Position numbers and translations under genes: made by a program. DNA of 33,000 bases from contig JBFFDV010000002.1 of the NCBI GenBank assembly GCA_041559215.1, positions 1 through 33,000 of the forward strand. The letters are read 5' to 3'. A model generated the notes under the pieces. The model saw only the letters and a list, made by a program, of their open reading frames with translations, ran no database searches and was not told the origin of the DNA. Positions 16,399 to 25,027 of this stretch are shown piece by piece. Numbering within the stretch: position 1 is the stretch's first letter; the number at the start of each line of letters is the position of its first letter. The DNA comes from Anaerolineae bacterium (GTDB lineage: Bacteria > Chloroflexota > Anaerolineae > UBA7937 > B3-Chlor).

Positions 16399-16421
16399 CT
16401 CTCACCCTCGAAAAGGTCTCC

Positions 16422-16520
16422 GGGCTTGCGCAGCAATTAGGCGCAAGCCCCAAGATACGGGGGTATGAAGGACATGAGGAGACACCCCTCGTGCTCCCCG
16501 GGCTTTTGCTGCGCAACGCC
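16422..16520 (+). repeat. Copy C of the palindromic intergenic repeat (best-preserved copy)
   Basis: GGGCTTGCGC-AGCAATTAG-GCGCAAGCCC forms a perfect 10-bp stem. It continues CAAGATACGGGGGTATGAAGGACATGAGGAGACACCCCTCGTGCTCCCCGGGCTTTTGCTGCGCAACGCC. Confidence 0.9.
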
Positions 16521-16534
16521 TCCCCCGGGAGGAT

Positions 16535-16563
16535 TTGCACAAATCCTGACAGTCTGGTATGCT
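16535..16563 (+). promoter_or_regulatory. Extended -10 promoter upstream of ORF 16602
   Basis: TTGCAC-N17-TATGCT preceded by TGg. The -35 is embedded in the palindrome GGATTTG-CA-CAAATCC. It starts 15 nt after repeat copy C. Confidence 0.5.
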
Positions 16564-16601
16564 TAAATACAAGGCCAAGTGATACGAAAAGAGGCTAGAC
16601 C

Positions 16602-16901
16602 ATGATCAAACTGCTCATGAGTTGGGATATCCAACCCGGTAAAGAAGCAGCATACATGGAGTTCGTTACTAAGGAGTTCACCCCTCAACTGATGAAGTTG
16701 GGCATCCAGCCCACGGAGGCCTGGTACACGGTGGTGGGGAACGGTCCTCAGGTATTGGCTGGAGGGATCACTGAGGACCGAGAGACCATGATGAGCATAC
16801 TGGATGGCGAGGAGTGGGAAGGGCTGGAAAAGAAGCTCCTCGATTATGTGCGTAATTATCAGTACAAGGTGGTTCCCGCCACCGGGCATTTTCAGCTGTA
16901 A
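16602..16901 (+). CDS. Hypothetical 99-aa protein; beta-alpha-beta-beta-alpha-beta pattern suggests a ferredoxin-like/dimeric alpha-beta barrel fold
   Basis: AAGAGG RBS and a clean ORF served by its own promoter. The fold is inferred only from the hydrophobic pattern. Confidence 0.55.
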   Translation: MIKLLMSWDIQPGKEAAYMEFVTKEFTPQLMKLGIQPTEAWYTVVGNGPQVLAGGITEDRETMMSILDGEEWEGLEKKLLDYVRNYQYKVVPATGHFQL

Positions 16902-16921
16902 TATGAATCTGAAACCCGGCT

Positions 16922-17191
16922 TTATTCCTTATCGCTAGATTTGGCTTTCTCTTTCTCCTTGGCTTCCCCACCATCGCCTCCTGGCAACTCCTTGGCCAGT
17001 TCGCTCGTAGGTAGTTGACGGTTATCTGTGATGTAGAACCCTGAACCCTTAAAGATAATGCCTACTGGCTGTATAAGCCGCTGGACAGGTCCCGCACAAT
17101 CAGGGCAAACCTTAACCGGTTCATCGGAAAAGTGCTGCAGCCGTTCAAATCTGTGTCCGCAAAGCTTACATTCATACTCATAAATCGGCAT
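16922..17191 (-). CDS. FmdB-family zinc-ribbon putative regulatory protein
   Basis: Canonical N-terminus MPIYEYECKLCGHRFE...CPDCAG and a charged C-terminal tail. Start set at the family-typical MPIYEY. Confidence 0.8.
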   Translation of the reverse strand: MPIYEYECKLCGHRFERLQHFSDEPVKVCPDCAGPVQRLIQPVGIIFKGSGFYITDNRQLPTSELAKELPGGDGGEAKEKEKAKSSDKE

Positions 17192-17214
17192 ATGTCGAAT
17201 CATACCTCCTGATG

Positions 17215-18165
17215 TTAATCTCGCTTCTCATCACCCCGCAGATCAAAGCGGTATGTGCTCCCCCCTATGCTCTTCGCATACTTCAATACCTCGACCGCAA
17301 TCATAGCTATCTGACCGGGATGAACCAGCTTCCTTCGCTGGTTGGTGACGACGGCGACGGAGACGCTCATGAAGGGATAGGCGACCTCGCTTCCCTGTCT
17401 ATCGTAGCTAACACAATAGCCTTGGGCTCGATCCTCAGCGTTGTACTGGTCGAGGATCGCCTCGTCGAAGCCAGTTACTACTGCCTGGCAGATGGCTTCC
17501 GCCTGATCAGGGGTGGTAATGACGACGAAATCATCCCCTCCCTCATGGCCAATGAAATCGTCCTCGTTGCCCTCCTGCAGAACCGCGCGGACTATGAGCT
17601 CGCTCAGCATTTTCAGCACAACGTCGCCGGCCACAAATCCGTATTTGTCATTGTAAGGCTTGAAGTTATCGAGATCGAAGTAGCATACAGCGAAAGGTTC
17701 GTCTCTCTCTATTCTCTCCTTGAGCGCCCGTTCGACGGCTAGGTTCCCCGGAAGCCTGGTGAGAGGGCTGGTCTCTATATCACGCTCGCTCCGTCGCAGA
17801 TGGGCCGTTACGCGAGTTCTCAGTTCGCTGGGATGAAAAGGCTTGGTGATATAATCATCGGCACCCTCACTCATACCCTTGACCTTATCTGGCATTTGGT
17901 CAAGGGCGGTCAACATGATGATAGGGATGTTTGAAGTCAGAAAGCCGCGCCTCAACTGGCGGCAGAGCTCATATCCGTCCATATCGGGCATCATTATGTC
18001 CAAGATTATCAGGTTTGGCCTTTCCTGCCTTGCCCGTTTTAGAGCTTCCACTCCATCGACAGCACAGATCACGTCCATCCCGTCGCTCCGCAAAGTATCG
18101 GCGACGAGCTGACAGATAACCGGCTCATCGTCAACAACCAGTATCTTGGCCGACTGCGATGTCAT
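17215..18165 (-). CDS. Response regulator receiver + GGDEF-like domain with non-canonical GGDDF
   Basis: GGGGGAG RBS before the ATG at 18165. REC motifs ILVVDDEP, DIMMPDMDG and KPF. The GGDEF-like domain reads YFDLDNFKPYNDKYGFVAGD...IGHEGGDDFVV. Confidence 0.8.
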   Translation of the reverse strand: MTSQSAKILVVDDEPVICQLVADTLRSDGMDVICAVDGVEALKRARQERPNLIILDIMMPDMDGYELCRQLRRGFLTSNIPIIMLTALDQMPDKVKGMSEGADDYITKPFHPSELRTRVTAHLRRSERDIETSPLTRLPGNLAVERALKERIERDEPFAVCYFDLDNFKPYNDKYGFVAGDVVLKMLSELIVRAVLQEGNEDDFIGHEGGDDFVVITTPDQAEAICQAVVTGFDEAILDQYNAEDRAQGYCVSYDRQGSEVAYPFMSVSVAVVTNQRRKLVHPGQIAMIAVEVLKYAKSIGGSTYRFDLRGDEKRD

Positions 18166-18281
18166 AGCTCCCCCTTCAAATATTCTACAGGATTTCTTCT
18201 TTGCAGGCAAGTTTTGACAATCTGAGACAGCGGGTGGATAATTGCATACGAACTGGATCACACAGTGTGAAGGCGAGGCCG

Positions 18282-19097
18282 ATGAGGAAACAGGGCGGAG
18301 CAATCGGGATCTTCGACTCTGGAGTGGGGGGGCTCTCAGTGATGAGCGAGATCGCTGAAGTGCTCCCCCACGAGGATGTGGTGTATTTCGCCGACAGTGC
18401 TCACTGTCCCTATGGGAGGCGAACACATCAGGAGATCCAGGGTCTGGCCCAAGGCATCGTGACTTTCTTGCTATCCCAAGGGGCCAAGGTCATCGTCGTA
18501 GCCTGCAATACCGCCTCGGCTGCGGCCTTGTACTACCTTCGAGAGACCTTCAGCATACCTATCGTGGGCATGGAACCGGCGGTCAGGCCAGCGGCTGAAC
18601 GGACCAACAGCAAAGTGGTGGGGGTGATCGCCACAGGTGCCACCTTTCAGGGAGCCCTCTTCGCCAGCCTGGTTGAACGGTTCGCTACAGACATAAAGGT
18701 GTTGACCCAGACCTGTCCGGGATTGGTGGAGAGGGTGGAGGCGGGGCTCATCGAGGAGGCTGGCACAAAGGAGATGTTGACGCAGTATCTGCGACCGATG
18801 CTGGAGGCAGGGATAGATTCTCTGGTTCTGGGCTGCACCCACTACCCTTTCCTCAAGCCGCTCATGAGGGAGATACTGGGGGATGAGATAGAGATCATTG
18901 ATCCCAGCGCGGCCGTGGCCCAGCAAACGGGACGGGTACTGGGGGGAGAGTATCTGTTGAGCGAGGAGGGTCAAGGGCGGTACACCTTCTACACCAGCGG
19001 AGATCCACAGGTATTTGCCCGCCTGATCGAAGGGCTCACCTCTTTGAGGGGCGCGGTTCTGGGAGCGAGGTGGGTGGGAGGTCAAATCGTCACTTAA
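18282..19097 (+). CDS. murI: Glutamate racemase
   Basis: IGIFDSGVGGLSV, VVACNTASA and LGCTHYPFL. Start at ATG 18282, which restores the family-typical N-terminus. Confidence 0.9.
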   Translation: MRKQGGAIGIFDSGVGGLSVMSEIAEVLPHEDVVYFADSAHCPYGRRTHQEIQGLAQGIVTFLLSQGAKVIVVACNTASAAALYYLRETFSIPIVGMEPAVRPAAERTNSKVVGVIATGATFQGALFASLVERFATDIKVLTQTCPGLVERVEAGLIEEAGTKEMLTQYLRPMLEAGIDSLVLGCTHYPFLKPLMREILGDEIEIIDPSAAVAQQTGRVLGGEYLLSEEGQGRYTFYTSGDPQVFARLIEGLTSLRGAVLGARWVGGQIVT

Positions 19098-19290
19098 TCC
19101 ACGATCGGTAGGATCATTTCCTCGATTGTTGCGATTGCGGCTTACGGTTGAGATCAGATGACGCGTGGTTGTCAAAGACCTTACCCATCGGGCGAGGGTA
19201 TAAGGAGAGTTGCCTTTGGCGGACAGCGGGACGGGAGGGATAGAAGGCGATCAAGGTTAATGTAGTTGACATAACGAAAGACCAGAACAA

Positions 19291-20502
19291 ATGATTAGAG
19301 TACTGCACTTCTCAGATCTGCACCTGGGGGTGGAGAACTATGGTCGTCTGGATCCCAAATCCGGGCTGAGCACTCGCCTGGGGGATTTCCTGCGCTCCTT
19401 CGACGCTATCGTGGAGTACGCCTTGGGAGAGGATATTGACTTGGTGGTGTTCTGCGGAGATGCGTACAAGACTCGGGACCCTAACCCCACCTACCAGCGG
19501 GAGTTTGCGAAGCGTATCCAGCGTCTTTCTAGAGCCGACATCCCAGTTTTCCTCCTGACTGGCAATCACGACCTGCCTTTGGCTACAGGCAGAGCCAATA
19601 CTGTCGAGATCTTCGATACCCTGGACGTACCCAATGTGGTGGTAGCCAACAAGCTTGCGACTCACCTCATCGAGACCAGGGGAGGGAGGGTTCAGATTGT
19701 GGCCCTACCCTGGCCTATCAGGAGCCATCTGATGACCAAGGAGGAATACAAGAAGCGAAGTTTGGAGGAGATCAACCGGTTGCTCGGCGACGTGCTAGAG
19801 GGTTTTGTCAAAGAGGAGATAGTGCATCTGGACCCTGAGCTCCCATCTATCCTGGCTGCCCATGCTACTGTTTTCGGCGCAACATACGGTTCAGAGAGGA
19901 GCGTAATGCTGGGGCAGGAAGTTGTCATCACGCGCAGCGTGGTGTCTAATCCCGCTTTCGATTATGTAGCTCTCGGTCATATCCACAAACATCAGGTGTT
20001 AAGAAACGCCGATCCCCCAGTGGTCTATGCCGGCAGCGTCGAACGCATAGACTTTGGCGAGGAGGTGGAAGAGAAGGGGTTCGTGGTGGTGCGCCTAGAG
20101 AAAGGCAGCGCCGAGTTCGAATTCATTCCTCTGCAGGTTCGTGCCTTCCTGACCATAGAGGTGGAGGCCAAAGGCGATGATCCCACAACTGAGGTATTGG
20201 AGGCCATCGCTGCTCATGAGATAGAGGATAGGGTGGTTCGCTTAATAATCCATACCACTGCCGACAAGGAACCCTTGCTCAAAGAGGCCGAAATCCTCAA
20301 GGCTTTGGGCGATGCCTTCTACGTAGCTGCGGTCAATAAGGATGTAGAACGTTCAATCCGCCTGCGCCTGGGTGATCGGAATTATGAAGAGATGACGCCG
20401 CGCGAGATTTTGAGAAGATACCTGCAGGTTAAACAGGCATCTTCCCGACGAGCCGAGGTGTTGCTGAGATACGCTGACGAGTTATTTGGAGAACTCGAAT
20501 AG
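19291..20502 (+). CDS. sbcD: SbcD/Mre11-family metallophosphoesterase nuclease
   Basis: MIRVLHFSDLHLG, VVFCGDAYK, LLTGNHDLP and LGHIHKHQ calcineurin-like nuclease motifs. 403 aa. Confidence 0.8.
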   Translation: MIRVLHFSDLHLGVENYGRLDPKSGLSTRLGDFLRSFDAIVEYALGEDIDLVVFCGDAYKTRDPNPTYQREFAKRIQRLSRADIPVFLLTGNHDLPLATGRANTVEIFDTLDVPNVVVANKLATHLIETRGGRVQIVALPWPIRSHLMTKEEYKKRSLEEINRLLGDVLEGFVKEEIVHLDPELPSILAAHATVFGATYGSERSVMLGQEVVITRSVVSNPAFDYVALGHIHKHQVLRNADPPVVYAGSVERIDFGEEVEEKGFVVVRLEKGSAEFEFIPLQVRAFLTIEVEAKGDDPTTEVLEAIAAHEIEDRVVRLIIHTTADKEPLLKEAEILKALGDAFYVAAVNKDVERSIRLRLGDRNYEEMTPREILRRYLQVKQASSRRAEVLLRYADELFGELE

Positions 20503-20601
20503 ACGATCAGAACTTCGATGACAACTGGAACGTCTCCAGGCTCCGTAGATTGGCCGTGTGGAGTGGGGGGACAAAGAGTAGTTGGGGAGGTCTTTTATTC
20601 A

Positions 20602-21138
20602 ATGCGGCAGATCAAAGTAGTTGTAACGGGGCCCTTCGGTGCTGGCAAGACCGAGTTCATCAAGACCATCAGTGAGATAGATGTGGTCAGTACGGAGCGC
20701 AAAATCTCCGTTCCAGAACAGCGTGAGATCAAAGAAGAGACCACGGTAGCTATGGACTTCGGGCGAATCACTATCAAAGAAGACGTTGTGTTGGAGCTGT
20801 ACGGAACTCCCGGTCAGAGGAGGTTTGACTTCATGTTCGATATCCTCTCTGAAGGGATGTGGGGGTTTGTCCTCCTGGTTGACAGCACCGACCGGGGGAG
20901 TTTCACTGAGGCTCGAAAGCTGCTTGGGCAATTTGATGGCCTTTCTGCCGCTCCTCGCGTCATAGCCGCCAACAAGCAGGACACGGAAAGCGCGGCGTCT
21001 TTGGAGGATCTACGTAAAGCGCTGAAGGTGGGGCCCTCGGTGAAGATACTGCCCTGCACAGCCACCGACAAGGCAAGCGTGCGCAATGTGCTCCTCGCTT
21101 TGCTGTCGTCCATGTTAGGGGAAAAGAAGGTGGACTGA
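20602..21138 (+). CDS. Small Ras-like GTPase of the CvnD/MglA (conservon 'ATP/GTP-binding protein') type
   Basis: G1 GPFGAGKT, the TTVAMDFG switch region, G3 GTPGQ and G4 NKQD. GGGGAGG RBS before the ATG at 20602. Confidence 0.75.
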   Translation: MRQIKVVVTGPFGAGKTEFIKTISEIDVVSTERKISVPEQREIKEETTVAMDFGRITIKEDVVLELYGTPGQRRFDFMFDILSEGMWGFVLLVDSTDRGSFTEARKLLGQFDGLSAAPRVIAANKQDTESAASLEDLRKALKVGPSVKILPCTATDKASVRNVLLALLSSMLGEKKVD

Positions 21139-21178
21139 GTAACCATAAACTCCTTTTCTCTGGTCACCATTAGCAAAG

Positions 21179-21206
21179 CGGCAGACGATGCTAACACCGT
21201 CTGCCG
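21179..21206. terminator. Hairpin between convergent genes (possible bidirectional terminator)
   Basis: CGGCAGACG-N10-CGTCTGCCG gives a 9-bp GC-rich stem. No clear U-tract follows on either strand. Confidence 0.35.
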
Positions 21207-21239
21207 TCCCATGACAGGTATCCAGCCAGACTTGGATCC

Positions 21240-21473
21240 CTAATCCTTAAGTTTTCTTACATAGACTCGATATTCGCCGTCCTCTTCTTCCAAGCCCAAG
21301 AACTCATTGCCTGTGCTCTTACACCAGGCCGGCATATCGGCCCCGATGCCCTTATCGTCAGCGACTACCTCAAGCACCTGGCCGACCCCCAACTCTTTCA
21401 TCTTCTCTTTGGTCTTGATAATGGGCATGGGGCAGTATAGCCCCAGGCAGTCCAAAGTCTCGTCTGCTTCCAT
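21240..21473 (-). CDS. TusA/SirA-family sulfur carrier protein
   Basis: LDCLGLYCPMPIIKTKE contains the CPxP active-site motif. 77 aa, GAGAGGTG RBS. Confidence 0.85.
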   Translation of the reverse strand: MEADETLDCLGLYCPMPIIKTKEKMKELGVGQVLEVVADDKGIGADMPAWCKSTGNEFLGLEEEDGEYRVYVRKLKD

Positions 21474-21595
21474 TCTTCGACACCTCTCAGATGAACACGC
21501 CGCTTCTGGCTATTAGCGCGCCGCAGTGGCAAAATTAATGGGAGCAGCGCCCTGTCCAAGTTGCCGCCGAAATGATCACCGTTCAGTAACGGAGT

Positions 21596-21793
21596 CTATT
21601 CCTCGCACTCCGATCCACAATTTGGGCAAACCGTGGCCTCCTGTGGTAGCAGCTCTTCACAGGCCTCACAGAAGCGTATTTCGACTTCACAAACGTTACA
21701 CCATGGAGCAGGCATCTCCAGCACGCTTTCACAGAAGGGGCAGGCACAGGTCACCACTTCCTCACTTTGCTTGCCAACTTGTTCTGTCGTCAT
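21596..21793 (-). CDS. Cys-rich double zinc-ribbon-like small protein (65 aa, 10 Cys)
   Basis: Four CxxC pairs (CPFC, CNVC, CEAC, CPNC). The ATG directly abuts the iscU TAA, and the RBS AAGGAGG lies inside the last iscU codons, which indicates translational coupling. Confidence 0.65.
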   Translation of the reverse strand: MTTEQVGKQSEEVVTCACPFCESVLEMPAPWCNVCEVEIRFCEACEELLPQEATVCPNCGSECEE

Positions 21794-22174
21794 TTATCCC
21801 TCCTTCATTTTGCTCTCATAGTCTTCTACAGCTTTGTGCAACGCATCGGCCCCTAGATTCGAGCAATGCATCTTCTGCTTGGGCAGGCCATCTAGCTCTT
21901 CGGCCACATCTGCGTTGGTGATCTCCTTAGCTTCCTCCAACGTCTTACCCTTGGCCATCTCGCTAACCATGCTAGACACAGCGATGGCAGCGCCGCAGCC
22001 GAAGGTTTTGAATTTGACGTCGCTCAAGCGGTTGTCATCCACCTTGATGTAGAAAGTCATCATGTCTCCGCACACGGGGTTGCCCACGCTGCCCACACCG
22101 TCGGCATCGGAGATTTCCCCAACGTTGCGCGGATTCGTGAAATGATCCATCACTTTCTCACTGTATACGGCCAT
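21794..22174 (-). CDS. iscU: Fe-S cluster assembly scaffold IscU/NifU-like
   Basis: GNPVCGD, FKTFGCGAAIA and MHCS give the three conserved Cys. Start at MAVYSEKVMDHF. Confidence 0.9.
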   Translation of the reverse strand: MAVYSEKVMDHFTNPRNVGEISDADGVGSVGNPVCGDMMTFYIKVDDNRLSDVKFKTFGCGAAIAVSSMVSEMAKGKTLEEAKEITNADVAEELDGLPKQKMHCSNLGADALHKAVEDYESKMKEG

Positions 22175-22219
22175 TCCAACCCCCTTCTTCCCCAATCTAA
22201 AGTATTGCTGGGTCTTCAA

Positions 22220-23386
22220 CTATGTCTCTTGATAAAGCGGCGACATCTGGCGCAGCCTGTCAACTATAGGCGGAAACACCTCCGCGAAGTAGTCCACATC
22301 TTCCACACTGTTTTGCTTGCCGAGGGTGAGAACCAGGGATCCATTCGCCAGAGCAGGATCGATGCCGATAGCGGTCAGCACGCCGGAAGCTTTCAGGGCT
22401 TGAGAGGTGCACGTCGAACCGCTGGAAGCCGCCACGCCCTGCATATTCAGAAACAGCAGCATCGCCTCGCCCTCGATGAACTCCACCAGCACGCTCACAT
22501 GCCCAGGCAGTCGCTGCGTGGGGTGGCCGGTCAGGTAGACGTGATCAATCTCGGCAGTCAGGCGTTCCATCAGCCGATCCCGCAAGGGAACTAGATGCGC
22601 TCTACGTTCCTCCATGTCCTCCATGGCCAGTTCCGCTGCCACACCAAGCCCAGCTATCGCCGGCACATCCTCCGTTCCCGCTCGGCGACCTCCCTCCTGG
22701 ATGCCCCCATCTATGAGAGGCATGATACGCGTAGCCCGCTTGATGTAAAGAGCGGCCGCCCCCTTGGGGCCATAGAACTGGTTTCCGGCCAGGGTCAGCA
22801 GATCTACCCCCAACTCCTTAACGTCAACAGGAAGCGTGCCTACTGTGGCTACCGCATCGGTATGGAAATAGGCCTTACTGTTTTCCTTCACCATCCCGGC
22901 GATCTCAGCGATGGGCTCTATAGTTCCTATCTCGTTGTTGGCATACATGATGGAGACCAGGGTAGTGTCGTCGCGCAAAGCTGCCAGCACATCATCGGGG
23001 TCCACCAGGCCATATTTGTCCACCGGCACTCGCGTTACCTCGAAGCCTAGCTTTTCCATAGTCTGGGCCGAGTTCAGCACGGAATGATGCTCGATAGCCG
23101 AGACGACGATATGTTGCCCTTTCTTGCGGTTCATCAAGGCAATACCCTTAACCGCCATGTTATTGGCCTCGCTACCGCTGGCGGTGAAGTATATCTCGTT
23201 ATTCCGCGCGCCTATTAGCGCTGCAACCTTCTCTCGCGCCTCTTCGACGGCTTGGCGTGGGGCCTCGCCGTAGCGATGCAAGCTCAAGGGGTTGCCAAAT
23301 TGCTCGTTCAGATATGGAATCATAGCCTCCACTACCTCGGGACGAAGGGGTGTGGTGGCCGCATGGTCAAAGTAGACCTCTCTCAT
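22220..23386 (-). CDS. nifS: Cysteine desulfurase (NifS/IscS class)
   Basis: VYFDHAATTP N-terminus, active-site loop SSGSTCTS, 388 aa. Confidence 0.9.
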   Translation of the reverse strand: MREVYFDHAATTPLRPEVVEAMIPYLNEQFGNPLSLHRYGEAPRQAVEEAREKVAALIGARNNEIYFTASGSEANNMAVKGIALMNRKKGQHIVVSAIEHHSVLNSAQTMEKLGFEVTRVPVDKYGLVDPDDVLAALRDDTTLVSIMYANNEIGTIEPIAEIAGMVKENSKAYFHTDAVATVGTLPVDVKELGVDLLTLAGNQFYGPKGAAALYIKRATRIMPLIDGGIQEGGRRAGTEDVPAIAGLGVAAELAMEDMEERRAHLVPLRDRLMERLTAEIDHVYLTGHPTQRLPGHVSVLVEFIEGEAMLLFLNMQGVAASSGSTCTSQALKASGVLTAIGIDPALANGSLVLTLGKQNSVEDVDYFAEVFPPIVDRLRQMSPLYQET

Positions 23387-23485
23387 CGCACCTCCTCCTG
23401 ATAAGCACTACGTACCTTTTCGTTGATGTACAGATGCCTCCTAAGACACACCAAACATTTTCGGACTATAAAGGTCATTATTATC

Positions 23486-23514
23486 ATTATACATCAGAAT
23501 TGATGAAAAGTCAA
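23486..23514 (-). promoter_or_regulatory. Near-consensus sigma70 promoter of the nifS-iscU-tusA operon
   Basis: Minus strand reads TTGACT-N17-TATAAT in an AT-rich stretch, about 100 nt upstream of the nifS ATG. Confidence 0.65.
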
Positions 23515-23572
23515 ACTCAAGAAATATATCAAAACCTTGTTAGGATCAGGCGAGGATGTGCGGTGACATGCC

Positions 23573-24664
23573 TCAAAGCTCGTAGGGCACCCCAAGTTCT
23601 TCGCCTATCTCCCGCAAATCTCTGACCACCTTAGAGTGCAGGGGGATGCCTTTTCGCATCCTCTCATTGGCCATCTCGAACTCCTTCTCACCGTGAATGA
23701 ATATGCGATCCTGGCCCTCGGCCTTGGCCGAACCTTTGAGAGTTTGGATAATGTTGTCCATTGAGGCCTTGAATTCCTCCAGAGGCCGAAAGCTGTCCAC
23801 GCGCAGGGCGCCGAAGAAGTGACCAATGTTGGCCGGCAACGGTTTGCCGTTTCTATCTTTGGGGTAAACATGGTTGGCGTAGGCCGCGCCGGACAACACC
23901 CCACACAGGATATCCACTATGAAGGCCAGCCCGTAGCCCTTATGCCCTCCCAGTTCCTCGCCCGCCCCGCCTAGGGGCAGTATGCCTCCTCCCAAACGGT
24001 CTCTCATATTGCGCAGCACGTCCGCTGCGTCGTTGGTGGGGATGCCGCTCGCATCGCTGGCCCAGCCCTGAAGAAGGGGCTTCTCCTGGCGATCGTATTC
24101 CTCCAGCTTGCCTCTGGTCACCACACTGGTGGCCATGTCCAGGACGAAAGGTCGCTCCTTACCGGTGGGCACAGCGATGCTCATCGGGTTGGTGCCCAGT
24201 ACCGCGTCTCGGCCGAAGGTGGGTACCACCAGGGTCGCTGAATTGGTCATGGAGATGCCTATTAGCTCCTCTTCCAAGGCCATCATCGCGTAATAGCCAG
24301 CGATGCCGTAGTGGTTGCTGTTCCGCACGGTGACGAAGCCCAGGCCCATTTTTGAGGCTTTCTTCACAGCCAGCCGCATGGCCCTGACCCCTACCACTTG
24401 TCCCAACCCCGCTCCTCCATCAAGGAGAGCCGTGACGGGCGTCTCATGCACCAACTGGATGTCCGGCTTGGCCAGCATGATCCCATCCCGCAGGCCGTCC
24501 ACATAACGCCTAGTGCGGGCCACTCCATGGGAATCAATTCCTCGCAGATCAGCTGCCACGAGTACATCTGTGGTTACTTTGGCGTCTTCCGCAGGCACGC
24601 CCATCTTAACGAAAATCTGTGTGGCGAACTCCTTCAAAGCTACATGATCGACTCTATCACTCAT
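23573..24664 (-). CDS. Ldh2-family (malate/L-lactate/sulfolactate-type) NAD(P)H-dependent oxidoreductase
   Basis: AADLRGIDSHGV, VRNSNHYG and full-length (363 aa) resemblance to the Ldh_2 family. The substrate is not assignable. Confidence 0.8.
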   Translation of the reverse strand: MSDRVDHVALKEFATQIFVKMGVPAEDAKVTTDVLVAADLRGIDSHGVARTRRYVDGLRDGIMLAKPDIQLVHETPVTALLDGGAGLGQVVGVRAMRLAVKKASKMGLGFVTVRNSNHYGIAGYYAMMALEEELIGISMTNSATLVVPTFGRDAVLGTNPMSIAVPTGKERPFVLDMATSVVTRGKLEEYDRQEKPLLQGWASDASGIPTNDAADVLRNMRDRLGGGILPLGGAGEELGGHKGYGLAFIVDILCGVLSGAAYANHVYPKDRNGKPLPANIGHFFGALRVDSFRPLEEFKASMDNIIQTLKGSAKAEGQDRIFIHGEKEFEMANERMRKGIPLHSKVVRDLREIGEELGVPYEL

Positions 24665-24906
24665 TACCCCACCTCATGGTCAAACGAGCTGTGCATATCG
24701 AGGCACCGTTCGTTTTCGTCCTTTGCCCGCAAGCATGACCCATTGCCAGGCCGGGGAGTGACAGTCTCTCACCTTCCCCCACGCTGGTACAGCGCCTATG
24801 GCGGTTCTTATCTCAGGGTGTGCATCCCTCCGAACGCCACGCATTCTATACCTTCTTCTCAAGATTATATCATCATTACCGACTGAGGGAAAACGGATAC
24901 ACTGGA

Positions 24907-25027
24907 GGCGTTGCGCAGCAAAAGCCCGGGGAGCACGGGGGGCTGCCCTGAGCCTGGCGAAGGGTGCCCCCACGTGCCCTTTATGTCGCAATATCTAGGG
25001 GCTTGTGCCCAACCGCTGTGCAAGCCC
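24907..25027 (-). repeat. Copy D of the palindromic intergenic repeat (longer centre, variant 5' module)
   Basis: The reverse complement reads GGGCTTGCACAGCGGTTGGGCACAAGCCCCTAGATATTGCG...GGGGGCACCC...CCCCCCGTGCTCCCCGGGCTTTTGCTGCGCAACGCC. Confidence 0.85.

Noticed and set aside
18471-19175. 234-aa minus-strand ORF
   Set aside because: It is antisense to murI, which has unmistakable glutamate racemase motifs. Its composition is rich in Arg, Pro, Gln and Leu, typical of an antisense frame.
21526-21921. 131-aa plus-strand ORF, and the 22142-23050 plus-strand ORFs
   Set aside because: They are antisense to the Cys-rich ORF, iscU and nifS. They are His/Arg/Ser-rich with no RBS.
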